64,000 bases of DNA from the human T2T-CHM13v2.0 reference genome, Homo sapiens: NCBI RefSeq assembly GCF_009914755.1, contig NC_060929.1. One strand, given 5' to 3'. This document shows positions 32,148 to 46,829 of the stretch, piece after piece. The translations under genes and the position numbers were made by a program. The number at the start of each line of letters is the position of its first letter. The first letter of the stretch is position 1. The notes under the pieces were generated by a model. That model was given only the letters and a program-made list of their open reading frames with translations. It did not search any database and had not been told where the DNA came from.

Positions 32148-33165
32148 CAGTTGACCTTTGACCACGCAGGGTTGACTGCATTGGTCAATGCATTTTTTTT
32201 TCAATAAATATATTGTACTTTTTTTTGAAGATTTGCAACAATTTGAAAAACTTGCAAACTGTGTAGCCTAGAAATACTGCAAATTTTTATATATGTCATG
32301 AATGCATAAAATATGTGTAGACACTAGTCTATTTTTATCATTTACTACCATAAAATATAAACAAACCTATCATAAAAAGTTAAAATTTATCAAAATGTAG
32401 GCACACACTTACAGACCAAACATGGTGCTATTTGTAGTGGGGAGAAATGTAAACAAATGTAAAGCTACAGTATTAAATCATAACTGCATAAAATTAACTG
32501 TCATGCAAACTGTACTACTGTAATAATTTCATAGCCACTGCTTGGTGCAATTGCAGCGAGCTTAAGTGTTGCCAGTATTCGCTTTAAGCTGTGTAATGCT
32601 AATCATCTCTGAGTGAGCAGTTCATCTCTCCAGTAAATTGCGTATTGCAGTAAAAAGTTCTCTCTCATGGTTCTCACATATTTTCCATCATGTTTAGTGC
32701 AATACTGCAAAACTTTAATAACACTATGGCATCCATACGAAGCACCACTGGTGATGCTGGAAGTGTTCCCATGAAGCAAAGTCATGACATTACAAGAAAA
32801 AGTTGAACTGCTTGATATGTACCATAGACTGAGGCCTGCAGCTGAGGTTGCCTGGTATTTCAGACAGACAATTCATCTTGTAAACAGACAATGTAAACTT
32901 ATGGTATGGACATAGTACATTACTGTGAATGTAGTTTCTCTTCCTTATGATTTTCTTAATAACATTTATTTCTCTACTTACTGTAGGAAGACAGTACATA
33001 ATACATATAAGATACAAGCAATGTGTTAATCAACTGTTTTATGTTATCAGGCTTCTGGTCAGTAGTAGGCTTATTAGTAGTTGTTCAGTTTTGGGAGAGT
33101 CAAATGTTATATGCTCACATAGTTGGTTGGTGCCCCTAAATTCCATATTATTCAAGGGTCAACTG
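32148..33165 (+). mobile_element. Tigger2-derived non-autonomous DNA transposon (Tigger2b-like)
   Basis: Terminal inverted repeats CAGTTGACC(T/C)TTGA...TCAAGGGTCAACTG with TA duplications at 32146-32147 and 33166-33167. Confidence 0.88.
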
Positions 33166-33197
33166 TATTGACAAGTGTATCCTGGATTCCATCCTCC

Positions 33198-33327
33198 TTT
33201 CTTGGTTTTGTAGAGACAAGGTCTCACCATGTTGTCCAGGCTGATCTTGAACCCCTAGGCTCAAGCAATCCTCCCGCCTCAGCCTCCAAAGTGCTGGGAT
33301 TACAGGTGCGAGCCACTGCAACCGGCC
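33198..33327 (-). mobile_element. FLAM (free left Alu monomer)
   Basis: TSD GATTCCATCCTC at 33185-33196 and 33329-33340. Confidence 0.88.
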
Positions 33328-36300
33328 AGATTCCATCCTCTTAAGGCCAGTGTATTAGGTGGCTCATTCTTACAGTATGAGTAAGCAGGACTTATTTAGC
33401 CATCAAAAGGGTCCTTTTATTGCCTGTAATCCTCTACTCTCTATATAACGCTCCAAGGAATGAGACTATATTTCCGTCTCCTATCAACTCAGCCTCAGCA
33501 TATGTTATCTCTAGTTATCTCTATTTTTCCCTTCCAACAAAAGCTGCTTTGGGGAAACAATCTGATGAATTAGGTATAAATGACTAATAAGGATTAAAAT
33601 ATTACTTTTCCCAGGATTATGGTTTTGTGCTAGAGAAAAAAACTACTTAAAGGGATAAAACTCTAATGGCAGAATTTCAGGTGAGTTGGAGGGTTTTTGA
33701 TTATAGGTACTTTTCTAGCCTAGATGGTAGTCTGTCAGATTGGTCCTGAGTGTGAGTATAAATTTTAAAAAGGCTAGGACCAGGGCAAGTCTTAGCCTAA
33801 AGCAGTGGCTTGATCAGTTAAGTTTAGAGAGGAGGGTTAGGTTTACTCGAATCTATGACATCACATTTAAAGGGGTCTCGAATCCACCTGAGATTAGAAG
33901 CAACACTGGAATCCCAGAATCTAGCTGGTTTTCCACTAGTATGGGAGATATTCCATCCTGGGATGCTTTAGGAGAGTGACCCTTTCAGTTCAGAGCTATG
34001 CCACTGAGTTCTGATCAGGCGCAAAACGGTTTTTGAAAACGGAGCAAGAAATCTTCCCAGCGATGATTACAAATAGCTTGTACAATATGCTAACTTTAGC
34101 TTTTTATGCAATGGTTAAGATTCATTTTCACATAGATATCCAGCTTGGTAACACTGGCATAGCTGCTGCCATTTCCTAGCTTCCAGCGAATACTCTTACC
34201 TCTAATTCAGCACTGAATATATCTGAACACTTCAGTACTACCTGTAAATCTTCAACTTCTGCTGTATGCTAAATAACCTAACATCTGTATTAATTCCAGC
34301 AGTTCTTCAAGTAGTTAAAAATGCTCCCAACCTGAATAAAATGACTTGAATATCTTCAGCGTTATTTCAAGTGTTTGCAACTAATGTACAACTCATTTTG
34401 GTAAATGATTACTTGGTGGAATTTATGAACTCTTTCCATTGGCAAGCCAAAAAAAAAAAAAAAAAAGGTCTGTAGGGGATATAGCTCTTTATTCAAACTT
34501 GGTAATAAATAATTATCTCTAGAATACAGACGGAAGAACTGAACCAGGGACTTCAGGGACCCAGAGGCTAATTATCATCACTGTACACAGTTAAGTGCAG
34601 CAGAGAATGGGGGTGACGAATGGTTCGCTCCGCATTACGCTCCTTCTCTGGGTAAAACAAGGCCGTCTTTTCTGTGAACATATTTAAAGCAAGAACTGCA
34701 AAAACTGTGCAATGTTATGGTTGAGGCTTTCTATTTGCCATATGTGTTGACAGAATGCTTAAGAGTCTCTCTCCGCAATAAACGCGAACCCTGCCAGGCT
34801 GAATTATTAGGGCCAGCGCAATTCAACGACTGCACCACCACCGAACCGCTGGGGTTGGAAGCCTGCGTCGCATCGGAGCGTACCCATGTTTCTTCTAACA
34901 AAGGCACGATCTTGAGGCCATTTCGCGGGCCCTTTTCCCACTCCCAGCGCCAGCTTTGTCTCCCCGCCGGTATGAGGCTGAGACTTGGAGGAGGCTGAGC
35001 TGCGCCGCTGGGGAACAAGCTCGAAGGGCGGGCGTGGGAAGCTGCACCGCGCTGCCGCTGTGGTTTCCTGCGACCTGACCGTGCCATTAGAGGAAGTTGG
35101 AGTGCTGCAGCTGCAAGAGATACCTGCTGCCTTCAAATCAGGGCTGGACTCCAACAACCCCTGTGCACCGATTACTGTCGTACAAAGAAACTCCATCGGC
35201 CGGCGCGGCGGAGGCCTGTGGGCTCTCTATCTCTCTGGCTGGGCGCTGGGCCGCGAGCAGACAGCAGGGTCGGCGTTGCCAGCGTTCCCCACCCTGGGGG
35301 GCTCGGGAGTCCGGGAGTGCGGGGTCGGGGAGCGGGCAGGGAGCAGCGGGCAGGCCTCGAGGGGCCTGGGCCAGAGTGGGCCTCACGGCGCGCCTTGCAC
35401 GCGAACCCACGGCCGCCGGCTGCCCCTCCCCCGGCCCCCGGCCCGCTGCCCCCAGCCGCCGACGTCGGCCCGCACCGCCCCCGCGCGCTGACTGGCCCGC
35501 GCAGGCCTCCTGCCCGGCTGTTGGCGGTTGGGGCGAAGCCGGCGGGAGGCCGCCCCGCCCCCGCCCCCGCCGCAGAGTCGCGGCGCGCAGCCTCTTCACC
35601 CGTCGCGGCCGGGGCGGTGGCGCTGTTGCCGCCGCGGCCTGTGAGGCAGTAACTCCCCTCCGCCCCTGCCCCATTCCTCCTCCTTTCTCTCCGCTCCCTC
35701 CGTCCTCCCTCCCCTCGCCGTCTCTCGCTCGAGTGAATGTGGCGCGGCGGCGCGGGACGCAGTCTCGGCCCCTGCCGCGGCCCCGCAAGCTCGTGAGGAG
35801 ACGGAGCTGCCTCCTGCTCCCGCCCCCTGCGCGTCTCGGGGAGCCACCGCCGCTGGCGAAGGAGAACAAGCAGGGCAGCGGAGGGACGGTGGCGGGAAAA
35901 CGGGAGAGGGAGGAGAAGAGGGTTCGAGGGCGAGTAGGGAAAGCGGGGAGGGACGGACGGAAGGACGGACGGCCCGACGGACGGCCCGGGGAGGGGGCCG
36001 CTATTGAGCCTGCCCGACTCCTCGGCTCCGGCTCCGGGTGGCGGCGGCAGCGGCGTCGCGGACGAAGGGCGCGGCAAGCGCTATCGAGACAATAACCCTG
36101 CCGCCCGGCTCTGGGGGCAACGGAGAGGAAGCGGTGGCGGCCTAGCGCGGCCGAGGCTCGCCGAGCGCCCGGGCAGCGTCCTCGCCCCCGCCGGCCGGGT
36201 GCTGCTGCCGTCCGGTGTGCGGGGCGCGCCGGTTGCCCGGAACCCGAGGCTCCCGGCGGCCGTCCCCTCCCCTCCCCCTCTCCGGTGCGCGCGGAGCTGG

Positions 36301-36350
36301 TTTTCCGGGTTCCCCTGGACGGAGCTGGATCCTGCTTCTCGCCAAGGCAG

Positions 36351-36359
36351 GAAGTGAGT
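36351..36359 (+). promoter_or_regulatory. Candidate alternative 5' splice donor GAA|GTGAGT
   Basis: Consensus intronic GTGAGT at 36354-36359. Confidence 0.45.
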
Positions 36360-36579
36360 TTCGCACTGCAATTCCGGGCGGTGTCACGAGTGAAAAGTTT
36401 TGTTTTTTTTTTTTTCGGCGGAGATCCTCGTTGGGGCTGGGAAACTCCTGCAAAACTCGAGACCAGGAAGCCAGCCCGCACCCCAACCCCCACCAAAGCC
36501 ACCTACTCTTCTTCTGTGGGAGGCCAGTCCACATCCGCTCTCACCCGAGAGAGATATTCAGCTGGATCCAAAGTGACTG

Positions 36580-36615
36580 ATGAAGGGAAGGAAATCATGT
36601 CAAGCGAAGCCTTGA
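36580..36615 (+). other. uORF1 (MKGRKSCQAKP*)
   Basis: ATG 36580, TGA 36613-36615; weak context (C at -3). Confidence 0.5.
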
Positions 36616-36629
36616 AAAAGCTGCCCTGA
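36597..36629 (+). other. uORF2 (MSSEALKKLP*)
   Basis: ATG 36597 with A at -3, TGA 36627-36629, 19 nt before the donor. Confidence 0.55.
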
Positions 36630-39450
36630 GACGGTGTCCCGCCGAAAGGTAATTTTCACGAAAAGTGTCTCTGAGTCACAAAGTTCATGGGACTTTGTGA
36701 CTCGGAAAAGAGATGATTCTTTAGTGTTTTTCACTCTTCTCCAAGTTGCCCTAAACCCTCCTTTTCTCATATCGAAGCGGTTAATAATTGAGGGGCTAAA
36801 TAATCGAACTGCACCCCACCGCGTCCCTTCTCCCCCCTGCCCCCCCCACCATCTGGACTTTGAATTTTTTGGAAGAGGTTGTAAGAATGCGGTGGGACGA
36901 AAAGTTTTTAGCAATCCGAAGAACGATTGCCTTTGTTCAGCACAGGGGCCAGAAGTTTTGGCTTTCTGGAACGTATAGAGTGTATATTAAGTTGCTCAGC
37001 CAGGCACCTTCTGTTTGGGAAGAAAGTTTGGTCGCTGCAGTGAGTGATTTGCTGTTATTGAGATGGCTGCCGCGTTTGTTTATACTCATACCGATTATAT
37101 TGGCGCTTGCGTTAATCGTATATAGAGGTATTTATTTTTATTTTTTTATTTCCAACCCTGATCAGTATATTTAGTTAGATTTTAGAAACCAAAAAATCTT
37201 GCCATTCTTAGTTGTTTTTCAGGGTGAGTAATATATTTCTTTAGTTGTGTGTAGTGTGTGTTTTTCAGACGTTTAGCGCCGTATAACTTGTTTAATTAAT
37301 TGAAAGCAAGGATCGACTAGGCTTTTCTTGTAACTGATCCATTACGAAGAAAAAAGGAGTAAGGACTAAGAATAGGGAGAGATAATTAAACAACATTAAC
37401 AACCTGTAAGACGTTTAATAGGACTTCTGTACAGTTCAGAACAGACGATGGGAGGGGAAGTAAAACGCTTAAAACGATTTTCAAGGGAATCACAGTGATT
37501 GTGATAAAAAGCTGTGCTTTTCGAGTAGTATGGTCTTTACATTTTTGTGTTGTCCCAAATGTTTTTGGTCGGTTCTGCATAAATAGTGATAGGTTCTGCC
37601 TACATCTGTGGGGGCAGGATTCATGAAGCATGGCAGACATTCCACCAGTCAGAGCTATGAACACTTCTGAACCAATGGGGACTAGTTTTGATAGCAGTAA
37701 ACCCAAAGTTTTTTTCAGTGGTGTTTTAGTCTTTTTCTGTTTAGTTTTTTTCCCGGTATTTTTGCGGTACAGGGAGGTGAAATACAATACTGTACTTTTG
37801 AATATATATTGAATAAATTTGGTAATCCTGTTGGTAGGTATATCCTAAATATATATTGATGTTTAGATTGCCTATGCTGTCTCACGTAATGACCGGAAAC
37901 CCGAGGAGAGAGTTGATTTTCTTTAGTTCAAAGAGAAAAAATAAGTTTTAAAGATCAGGATCAAATTATTTCACAATTTGTTCTTTGCTACTTCAGCTTC
38001 ATTAAGTACATCTCCAAAGGCAGTCCTTTATTTATTACTGTAGTTTTGATTTTTTTTTTCCTCCCCGGGGCATGGTCTCAGGAGATTCTTTTTTTTTTTC
38101 ATTGTTGGTAAGATTTGTGAACCATGGAATAATTCTTGTTAAGTCAAACTAGCTTTATCAAAGAATTTAAAGTGCATAACTCATCTACTTTATGATTTTG
38201 GAACGTATCATTAGGCTGCAAAAGAGGTTATTCTTGGGCATCTGAAAGAGGTGAACAAAATAAATGGCATTGAACTTCAGTTTCCTTATATGGCTTATAC
38301 TTGGCTTCAAAAGCAACAAAACCTTAATAGAGCAAGTCCCTTACAGAGAATTATCGCTTTATGAAGATGGTTATTTATTAGTAAATTTTGTATAAAAAAA
38401 GTATTGTAGCACTTGAAAATGACTATTTAAGCCTCTATTTTTAGATTTAGTTCTTGATTTTTTTTCTCAGGAGAAGAGTAGTATGTTTCGATGCAGACAA
38501 CACGTTTTATGAAGTGAGGTGTTCACCTTTGTGTTTCTTTTTTTTCTCCTCAACAAGGCATAATTTACTTCGTAGTTTTCTTGGAATTCTGTTAGTTTAT
38601 CACCGAATTAACTTAAATTTTAGGTTTTATACTATTGTGAAACTATAAGTATTTTCGAAGCTTTGTTTAAACTGTGACAAAGGTTTGAAAAGAGGTTAAT
38701 AGAGGAGTCATCCGTTAAAATATTTTTAAATGGCTTCAAAATTTGGATATTCTTCTAGTATGGTGTGGATTTTCAAAGATTAAATTGGCAAATAGAGAGT
38801 ACTTCCAAAGTCTATATTGCACAAAATACACACTTAAAGGCTCTGTTTATTGAAGGTAATCATGAATTTTCAGGACTTCAACTGATTCAAGTAGTACTGT
38901 TACGAGGTCTCCTTGCCATTTGAGATCAAACTATTGTAAACTTTATGTATAAAAAGCTTACAGAGGTACAAACATGGAAACCAAATTTTTATTGTATGCT
39001 GTTTCTTAATGAAGTGATAACTATAGATACATTAACATATATCATTGGCAAATCTCAAAAATCGATTATTTTACACATTGTTGGTATTGCACTATTAGTA
39101 GTAAATAATACCCTTTAAGAAATAGTTAAAAGTTTCAGAAAATAGGTGTATATTTCAAAATTACTTATTTGAAATAATTGCTTACGGATAATACGATTTA
39201 GACTTTAAGCTGCTTTTGTTTTGGAAATAGATTATGGCAGTACTTACAGAGTATTTGGGATTATGCAGAATTTTAGTGATGCTGGGTAGCAGTTTCTTTT
39301 TTATTTTTCGTAATTGCTGCTTATCCAGATTCTCCTTACATACCCTACTTGGCTGCTTGCATTTTGACTCTTTGCCTTGCTCATTCATTTCTTGAATTTG
39401 TTACATGCTTGCTTCCGTTTTCTTTTTCTGGGAATACATCTCTATTATAA

Positions 39451-39781
<331 letters not shown>

Positions 39782-40153
39782 TACTGCTAACTCCCATTTT
39801 TCAGATTCACTTTTTAGCTGTCTCTTCTTAGGTTTCCTAATTGTAAAAAAGAAACTTAGCTGCTATTCAGCTTTCTCTTCTGATTCCCTTAGCTTCCTAT
39901 ATTTATAGTTAGCTTCATTTACCTAGCCTTATTTTCTCTGTGTTCAGTTGGTCGTTCTTAATTATATTTTGCCATTTCCCTCTTTTCCAAACTGTTAGTC
40001 TATGTTTATCACCTCAAAAAACTGTTCAAAACATGCAGTGGAAAAAGTTTATCTGATCTTATTTTATTAGCCCATTTAATTCTGAATATCCCCTTTGCAT
40101 TTCAACTAAGTGTACATGCTGGTATTTTAACTTTATATTCATCAGTATATTGC

Positions 40154-40449
40154 TTTGTTTATTTTGAGATGGAGTCTTGCTCTGTCGCCCAGGCTGGAGT
40201 GCAGTGGCAAGATTTTGGCCCACTGCAAGCTGCGCCTCCCCCAGGTTCACGCCATTCTCCTGCCTCAGCCTCCCGAGTAGCTGGGACTAGAGGCGCCCGC
40301 CACTGTGCCCGGCTAATTTTTTTGTATTTTTAGTAGAGACGCGGTTTCACCGTGTTAGCCAGGATGGTCTTTATCTCCTGACCTCGTGATCTGCCCACCT
40401 CGGCCTCTCAAAGTGCTGGGATTACAGGCATGAGCCACCGCTCCCGGCC
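40154..40449 (-). mobile_element. AluY-like
   Basis: gcaagct, cacgccattctcc, gtgttagccaggatgg. Confidence 0.92.
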
Positions 40450-40831
40450 ATTGTTTGTTTTATACTTTGTTTTCTCAGTTTTCCTTTTTCTCTTTAGTGT
40501 TCTTAAAATTGACTGTTAAGATAATACCAGGTTGTTATTTATTCTTATGTATTAAGACTTTGTAACCCTCTCTACCTTCTTGTTTTATTATACTTTTGGC
40601 CTCTTAAAACATACAGATATATTTCTCTGTTCCTTCTTCTCTGTACCTTCCTCTTCTGTCCTACCTTTCAAGTTAGATGTCTTCTCTGACACAGAATCCC
40701 TAAAATTTTGAAATTATCTTTCTTTGATTTCATGAAATAAGCACAATAGTACTCTATCACTCTATTTTTGTCACTTCAAATTTTGTTCCAGACACCATTG
40801 AATGAAGGTCTTGCCAGGCTTTAAGTGATAG

Positions 40832-40915
40832 TGTGGAAGACGATAGAAAAGGAGAATATCTAAAAATTCACTTTGTGGAAGACGATAGAAAAGGAGAATA
40901 TCTAAAAATTCACTT
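40832..40915. repeat. Perfect 42-bp tandem duplication
   Basis: TGTGGAAGACGATAGAAAAGGAGAATATCTAAAAATTCACTT at 40832-40873 and 40874-40915. Confidence 0.97.
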
Positions 40916-41596
40916 AATAAGACTCTACTTATCTGGAGGTTATTTATTATAGCTTTAAAAGCATATTGAATGTAGTAGAAAAACTAGAAAATAAAAAATG
41001 ACATCTCCTTAATCACAACAGGTATGACAGAGTCTGGGGACTTCACTTTTAGGGCCATTATTATTCAGAGCCCATTTACTTATGTACATAATGAGCTGTT
41101 TTTGGTTCTTTGGTATCCCAGAAGGCGTGAGAAAGGTACGTTTACAGCATTGTGAAGTTATGACCTGTGGTGTTACAGTGAAGCAATAGAAAAATGGAAA
41201 GATGACTGAATAACTTAGAAAATAATCTGGGACAACTTACTTTGAGGCTAAGTGCCTTGTACATTTCATTTCCCTGTAGGAGGATTCACTCTGTTATAAT
41301 ATGGTATAATTACAAGAAATAGTAATAGTCCTAAGGCAGCTGTTCTCAGACTTTTTGGTTTGACTCAAAACAGAAATTAAAAAAAATTAATTTATTTGAA
41401 AATAAGCTATTGCATGTTAGTGTAACATTGTTTTAATAAAAATATAATTGTTTTCTAAAATAAATAGCAAAAATAGTGGCAATGTTTTATATTTTTGCAA
41501 GTCTCTTATGTTTGGCTTAATAGAAAACAGCTCGATTCTCATATCTGCTTCTTCACTCCATCTGTTACAGTATGTTCTTTTGGCTAAAGTATATGA

Positions 41597-41954
<358 letters not shown>

Positions 41955-41964
41955 AAAGTGCTGG

Positions 41965-42447
<483 letters not shown>

Positions 42448-42546
42448 TTAGGTGGAAGTTGGGATTTATGGAACTTTCATTAATTAAATTTTTTTTCTTG
42501 TCTGTTCGTATTGGATTCTGGGAGAGTGTTGAAGCTTGATCTTTAA

Positions 42547-42935
<389 letters not shown>

Positions 42936-43644
42936 AATTTTGGTTTTCTAGCCCTATTTTTGGTCTGCATGTAACCTTTAATCTCTGAGATGTTCTTTTA
43001 ACATTGTCTTTTGTTTATTCTACTAACACTACAGAAAATTTGATCTTACTGTGCTTTTGGTGTATGTCATGCTTTTTGTTTTTTCTTCAAATACTAGATT
43101 TTCATGGTAGTCAAAGTTTTATATGATGACCTAGTCTCTACTGTATTGGTCATTTAAATATATGTTCCCAGCCCAATGAATCCTTCTTCTGGCTTTGGTG
43201 ATTGCTTAGAAGAGGAAAGGGAGAAATATTTAACGAGTTTCTCTTTGAAGGTATGTGGGTAGCTTGACCTTTTGGTACAGGTGCTTACTGTTCCTCAGGA
43301 GGCAGTCTCCTTTTTTCATAATCACACTGTCCAAGTGTCACATCTCCTACATACATAGAGCTGTACTAGAGGCTTTAGCTACACAGTGTTTTACTATGGT
43401 TTTGCTCTCTGGCTGACCGCTCAGGATATGCTTCTCTTAATCCTTCTTGCTAAGAAAACTCATCTTTTTTGGAGATCCCACTTTCTTCTTGTTTTGGGTG
43501 TCTGGTTCCTCAAGTGTATTGCATTTTGTTATTTCCCCGACCCCAGCCTACTTTGTATTCTTTATAAATTCCGTTCTGTTCTTATCTGTAGGTATACCCC
43601 TCCCAGGTTTTCAGCACTGCTATAGATATTTTTAAATTAAATTT

Positions 43645-45240
43645 TAATTTTTGAAACAATGACTGACATATGGAAAAGTTTGAACATTTTTTTTCCTGAA
43701 CCATTTGACTAAGTTGCTAACATGATGCCCTGTCGTCATCCCTAAATATATATTTTTTTTTATTTGAGAGCTCTGTCGCCCAGGCTGGAGTGCAGTGGCG
43801 TGATCTTGGCTCACTGCAAGCTCCACCTCCTGGATTCACGCCAGTTCTCCTGCCTCAGCCTCCCAAGTAGCTGAGACTATAGACGCCCGCCACCACGCCT
43901 GGCTAATTTTTTGTATTTTTAGTAGAGATGGGGTTTCACCGTGTTAGCCAGGGTGGTCTTGATCTCCTGATGTCATGATTTGCCTGCCTTGGCCTCCCAA
44001 AGTGCTGGGACTACAGGCGTGAGCCACCGCGCCCAGCCCGTCACCCCTAAATATTTTAATGTTTATTTCCTACAAACAAGGATATTCTCCTGCATATAAT
44101 GACATCATTACCATCAAAATCAGAAAGTAAACATGAATATATTACTAACATCTGAACCTCAATTATCCCAATAATGTGTTTTACAGCAAACTATTCCAGT
44201 TTGGAATCATGTGTTACATTTTGTTGTCATCTCTTTATTCTCCTTCAATCTGGAATAATTTCTTTCTCTTTTTTTTCAAGGCCTTGACACTTTTGAAGAT
44301 CTGAAGATGACAGGCCTAGTTATTCTGTAGAATACCCCTCAATTTTCATTTGTGTGATATTTTTCATGATTAGATCTTTGATTAGATTTTTATGATTAGA
44401 TCTTTGGCAGGGTTATTGTAAAAGTGATGCTGCATTCTTCTTATTACGTCTTATCAGGTGGCAGGCAATTTCAGTGTGTCCTATTATGGTATTCACTTTA
44501 TGTGATTAAAGTTGTGGCTGCCAGACTTGCCCTTTTTAAGGTATTCATTCCCTGTTTGTAATTAACTAATATTTTGCGGTAGGTGCTTTGAAACTATGTA
44601 AATATTTTGTTTTGTTTGTCATATTTTAAATTCACTTATTTACATGTACCTAGGTTTATCTTCGCAAGGACATAATGCATTACTATTTATTTTGGTGCTC
44701 AAATTGTTCTTGATTGGCCAGTGAGAACCCCCTGGCTTATTTTCTTTTTTGTTTTTGATACCTCTTCCTTTTTTGAGTACTCCTTGTTTTTTAGCACAAT
44801 TAGATGTTCTAACATATCTTCTACTTTTCCTGGTTGTTTTTAGTGGAAAATGATACTTAGAAGCCAAGATCTGGGGCTTGTGTACATTGTTGTTTTTAGG
44901 GTATTGTTACTCTCAGGCCCTCTTCATATACAAAGCTAGGAAATATTTTTATGTACTTACACATATTTACATCTATTTTTATTTATATATCTATAAATAT
45001 ATACAATGGTCCCTGATTTATACTTCTTTGACTTTACCAGGGGTTTTATTGGGGTACTAAGTGCATTTTCAATCTATGATATTTTTGGCTTAAATGATGG
45101 GTTTATCCAGATGTAAACCCATTGTAAATCGAGGAGCATCTGCATATTTCTATAATGCAATTCTAATCCAGCACCACCAGGTTCACTCTAAGTTGTTTTT
45201 TTTCCCCTTTCCATACTTGTAACTTATCTCTAACAGTGAG
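43645..45240 (-). mobile_element. Old L1 (L1MC/ME-like) fragments
   Basis: cctgaaccatttga, acaaggatattctcctgcat, agttattctgtagaat, tagaagccaagatctggg. Confidence 0.6.
43753..44038 (-). mobile_element. AluY-like
   Basis: Y diagnostics; TSD GTCA(T/C)CCCTAAATAT. Confidence 0.92.
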
Positions 45241-45563
45241 AAATAGTTTTGTTTCCATATGTTATGTGTGTGAGGAAGTTAAGGTAAACATTTGTTCAAA
45301 CATTTTTGAGCCAGAAGTGTCTGCAGTCCAATTAATTTCTGAAGTATTTCTAAAGAGATAAAATTCCAAACTGTAAAAAGGCAAGTTTTAATTCCGTGAT
45401 AAAGTACATTTATGTGAAATATTTCATTCCTTAGTAATTCTTGAGGCGACTGTGAAAGGAGGATGGAAGAAATCCAGTACTTTTACTCTTTACATTGGAC
45501 AAGTTATTTGTGGAGATAATTGCTCAATTTCAGTATGAGTGCAGTGATTTTGATGCAGTTGTG

Positions 45564-45868
45564 TTTTTCTTTTTTATTCTTTTTTGGAGAAGGGTCTCGC
45601 TCTGTCGCCCAGGCTGTAGTGCAGTGGCATGATCACTGCTCACTGCAGCTTTGAACTCATGGCCTCAATCAATCCTTTCACCTCAGCATCCTGAGTAGCT
45701 GAGACTACAGGCATATGCCACCACGCCCAGCTAATTTTTCTATTTTTTATAGAGGTAGAGGTCTTACTATGTTGCCAGGATTGGTCTCCAGCTCCTGGGC
45801 TTGAGTGATCCTTCCACCTCGAACCTCGCAAAGTACTGGGATTACAGGTGTGAGCCACTGCACCCAGC
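45564..45868 (-). mobile_element. AluJ-like
   Basis: Reverse-complement dimeric Alu. Confidence 0.88.
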
Positions 45869-46829
45869 TGTGGTTTTCATATATTCAGGTTATATTGTTT
45901 GCATGATCCTGAAGTCTTGAAGCACCTAATAATGGTGTTCTTGGAATTTCACACCTTAGGTCACTCTAGACTCTTTGTGGGAGCATGGAGGGAGGTCTGA
46001 TGGAGGGGGGGTGGGGAGAGGAGGGTATGTTTGTAGTAGGACCAGTGCAAGAAACTAGTGATCTAAAAATGAATCTTGTTGCCAAGGTTATCACACAACC
46101 TAGAATAAGTTGGTTTGACTTTCCTCTTCCTTATAGATTTTGGAAGTGATTTAAGAGGCATATCCTTTGAGACTAGAATAAATCTCTCAGTCTTCTAGGA
46201 AAAGATAAGGATCTTGGCAGCATCAAATGGATCCTTTGGGTGCCCTATTAATCCCTGGGGACTTCAGAAGATTTAGTTTATTGTCTTGATGCTGACTGCA
46301 AAATAGCAGGGACTGTATATAGTAGATGCTTTTTGATTTGTCGTGGATACCTGGTATCAACAGAGGGTCCTGTCTGCTCTTTTAAAAGCCATTCCCAAGC
46401 CAGGGACCCTAGGAGTCATCTTTATTTTCCTGACCTTAGTAATTGAAATTTCTGTCGATTCTGTCTTACAAATGTCTACAGAGTGAGACACTTTAGGGTA
46501 GGATAGGAAGGCTGGATAAGGTGAAGGGCTTTTGATAGGCAGAGGGTAAAAACAATTACCTTAATCTGTTTTTTCCCCAATTATAAAAATAATCTTGCTG
46601 TAAAAATTCAAACATAGAAATATAGAACATAGAAGATGAAAATTCTCCACAATTCCATCTCCCAGATATACTCCGGTATGTGTAGTTAAAATTGATAGCT
46701 AGCTAGAATCAAATTCCCTCTGAAGAGTGTGTATCAATTTGTACTTCCATCAATGGTATATAAAATTACCTGTATGCATTTTTGACCAAAATGGGTATTG
46801 GTTGTCTTATAATACTTGTGGACATCTGA

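Larger units (their letters stand above)
36140..36648 (+). other. HIPK3: Non-coding first exon (5' UTR; TSS position uncertain), tentatively HIPK3 exon 1
   Basis: Strong donor AAG|GTAATT at 36648/36649 at the 3' edge of the CpG island, followed by a long intron-like tract. Gene name rests on recollection of the leader and architecture (non-coding exon 1, ~28-kb intron 1), not on any CDS in the window. Confidence 0.55.
34600..36900. promoter_or_regulatory. CpG-island promoter
   Basis: Very high GC and CpG density, repeat-free; tandem GC boxes ccgccccgcccccgcccccgcc at ~35550-35571; ETS-like GGAAGT/GGAAGC; no TATA box seen. Confidence 0.95.

Noticed and set aside
34717-36978. Long overlapping ORFs (up to 454 aa) on both strands in the CpG island
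   Set aside because: Stop-codon depletion in GC-rich DNA; Arg/Gly/Pro/Ala low-complexity translations, many non-ATG starts and no recognisable domain.
45290-45560. Repeat-free intronic island that might be an exon or snoRNA
   Set aside because: No convincing acceptor/donor pair, C/D box pair with terminal stem, or H/ACA structure found by eye.
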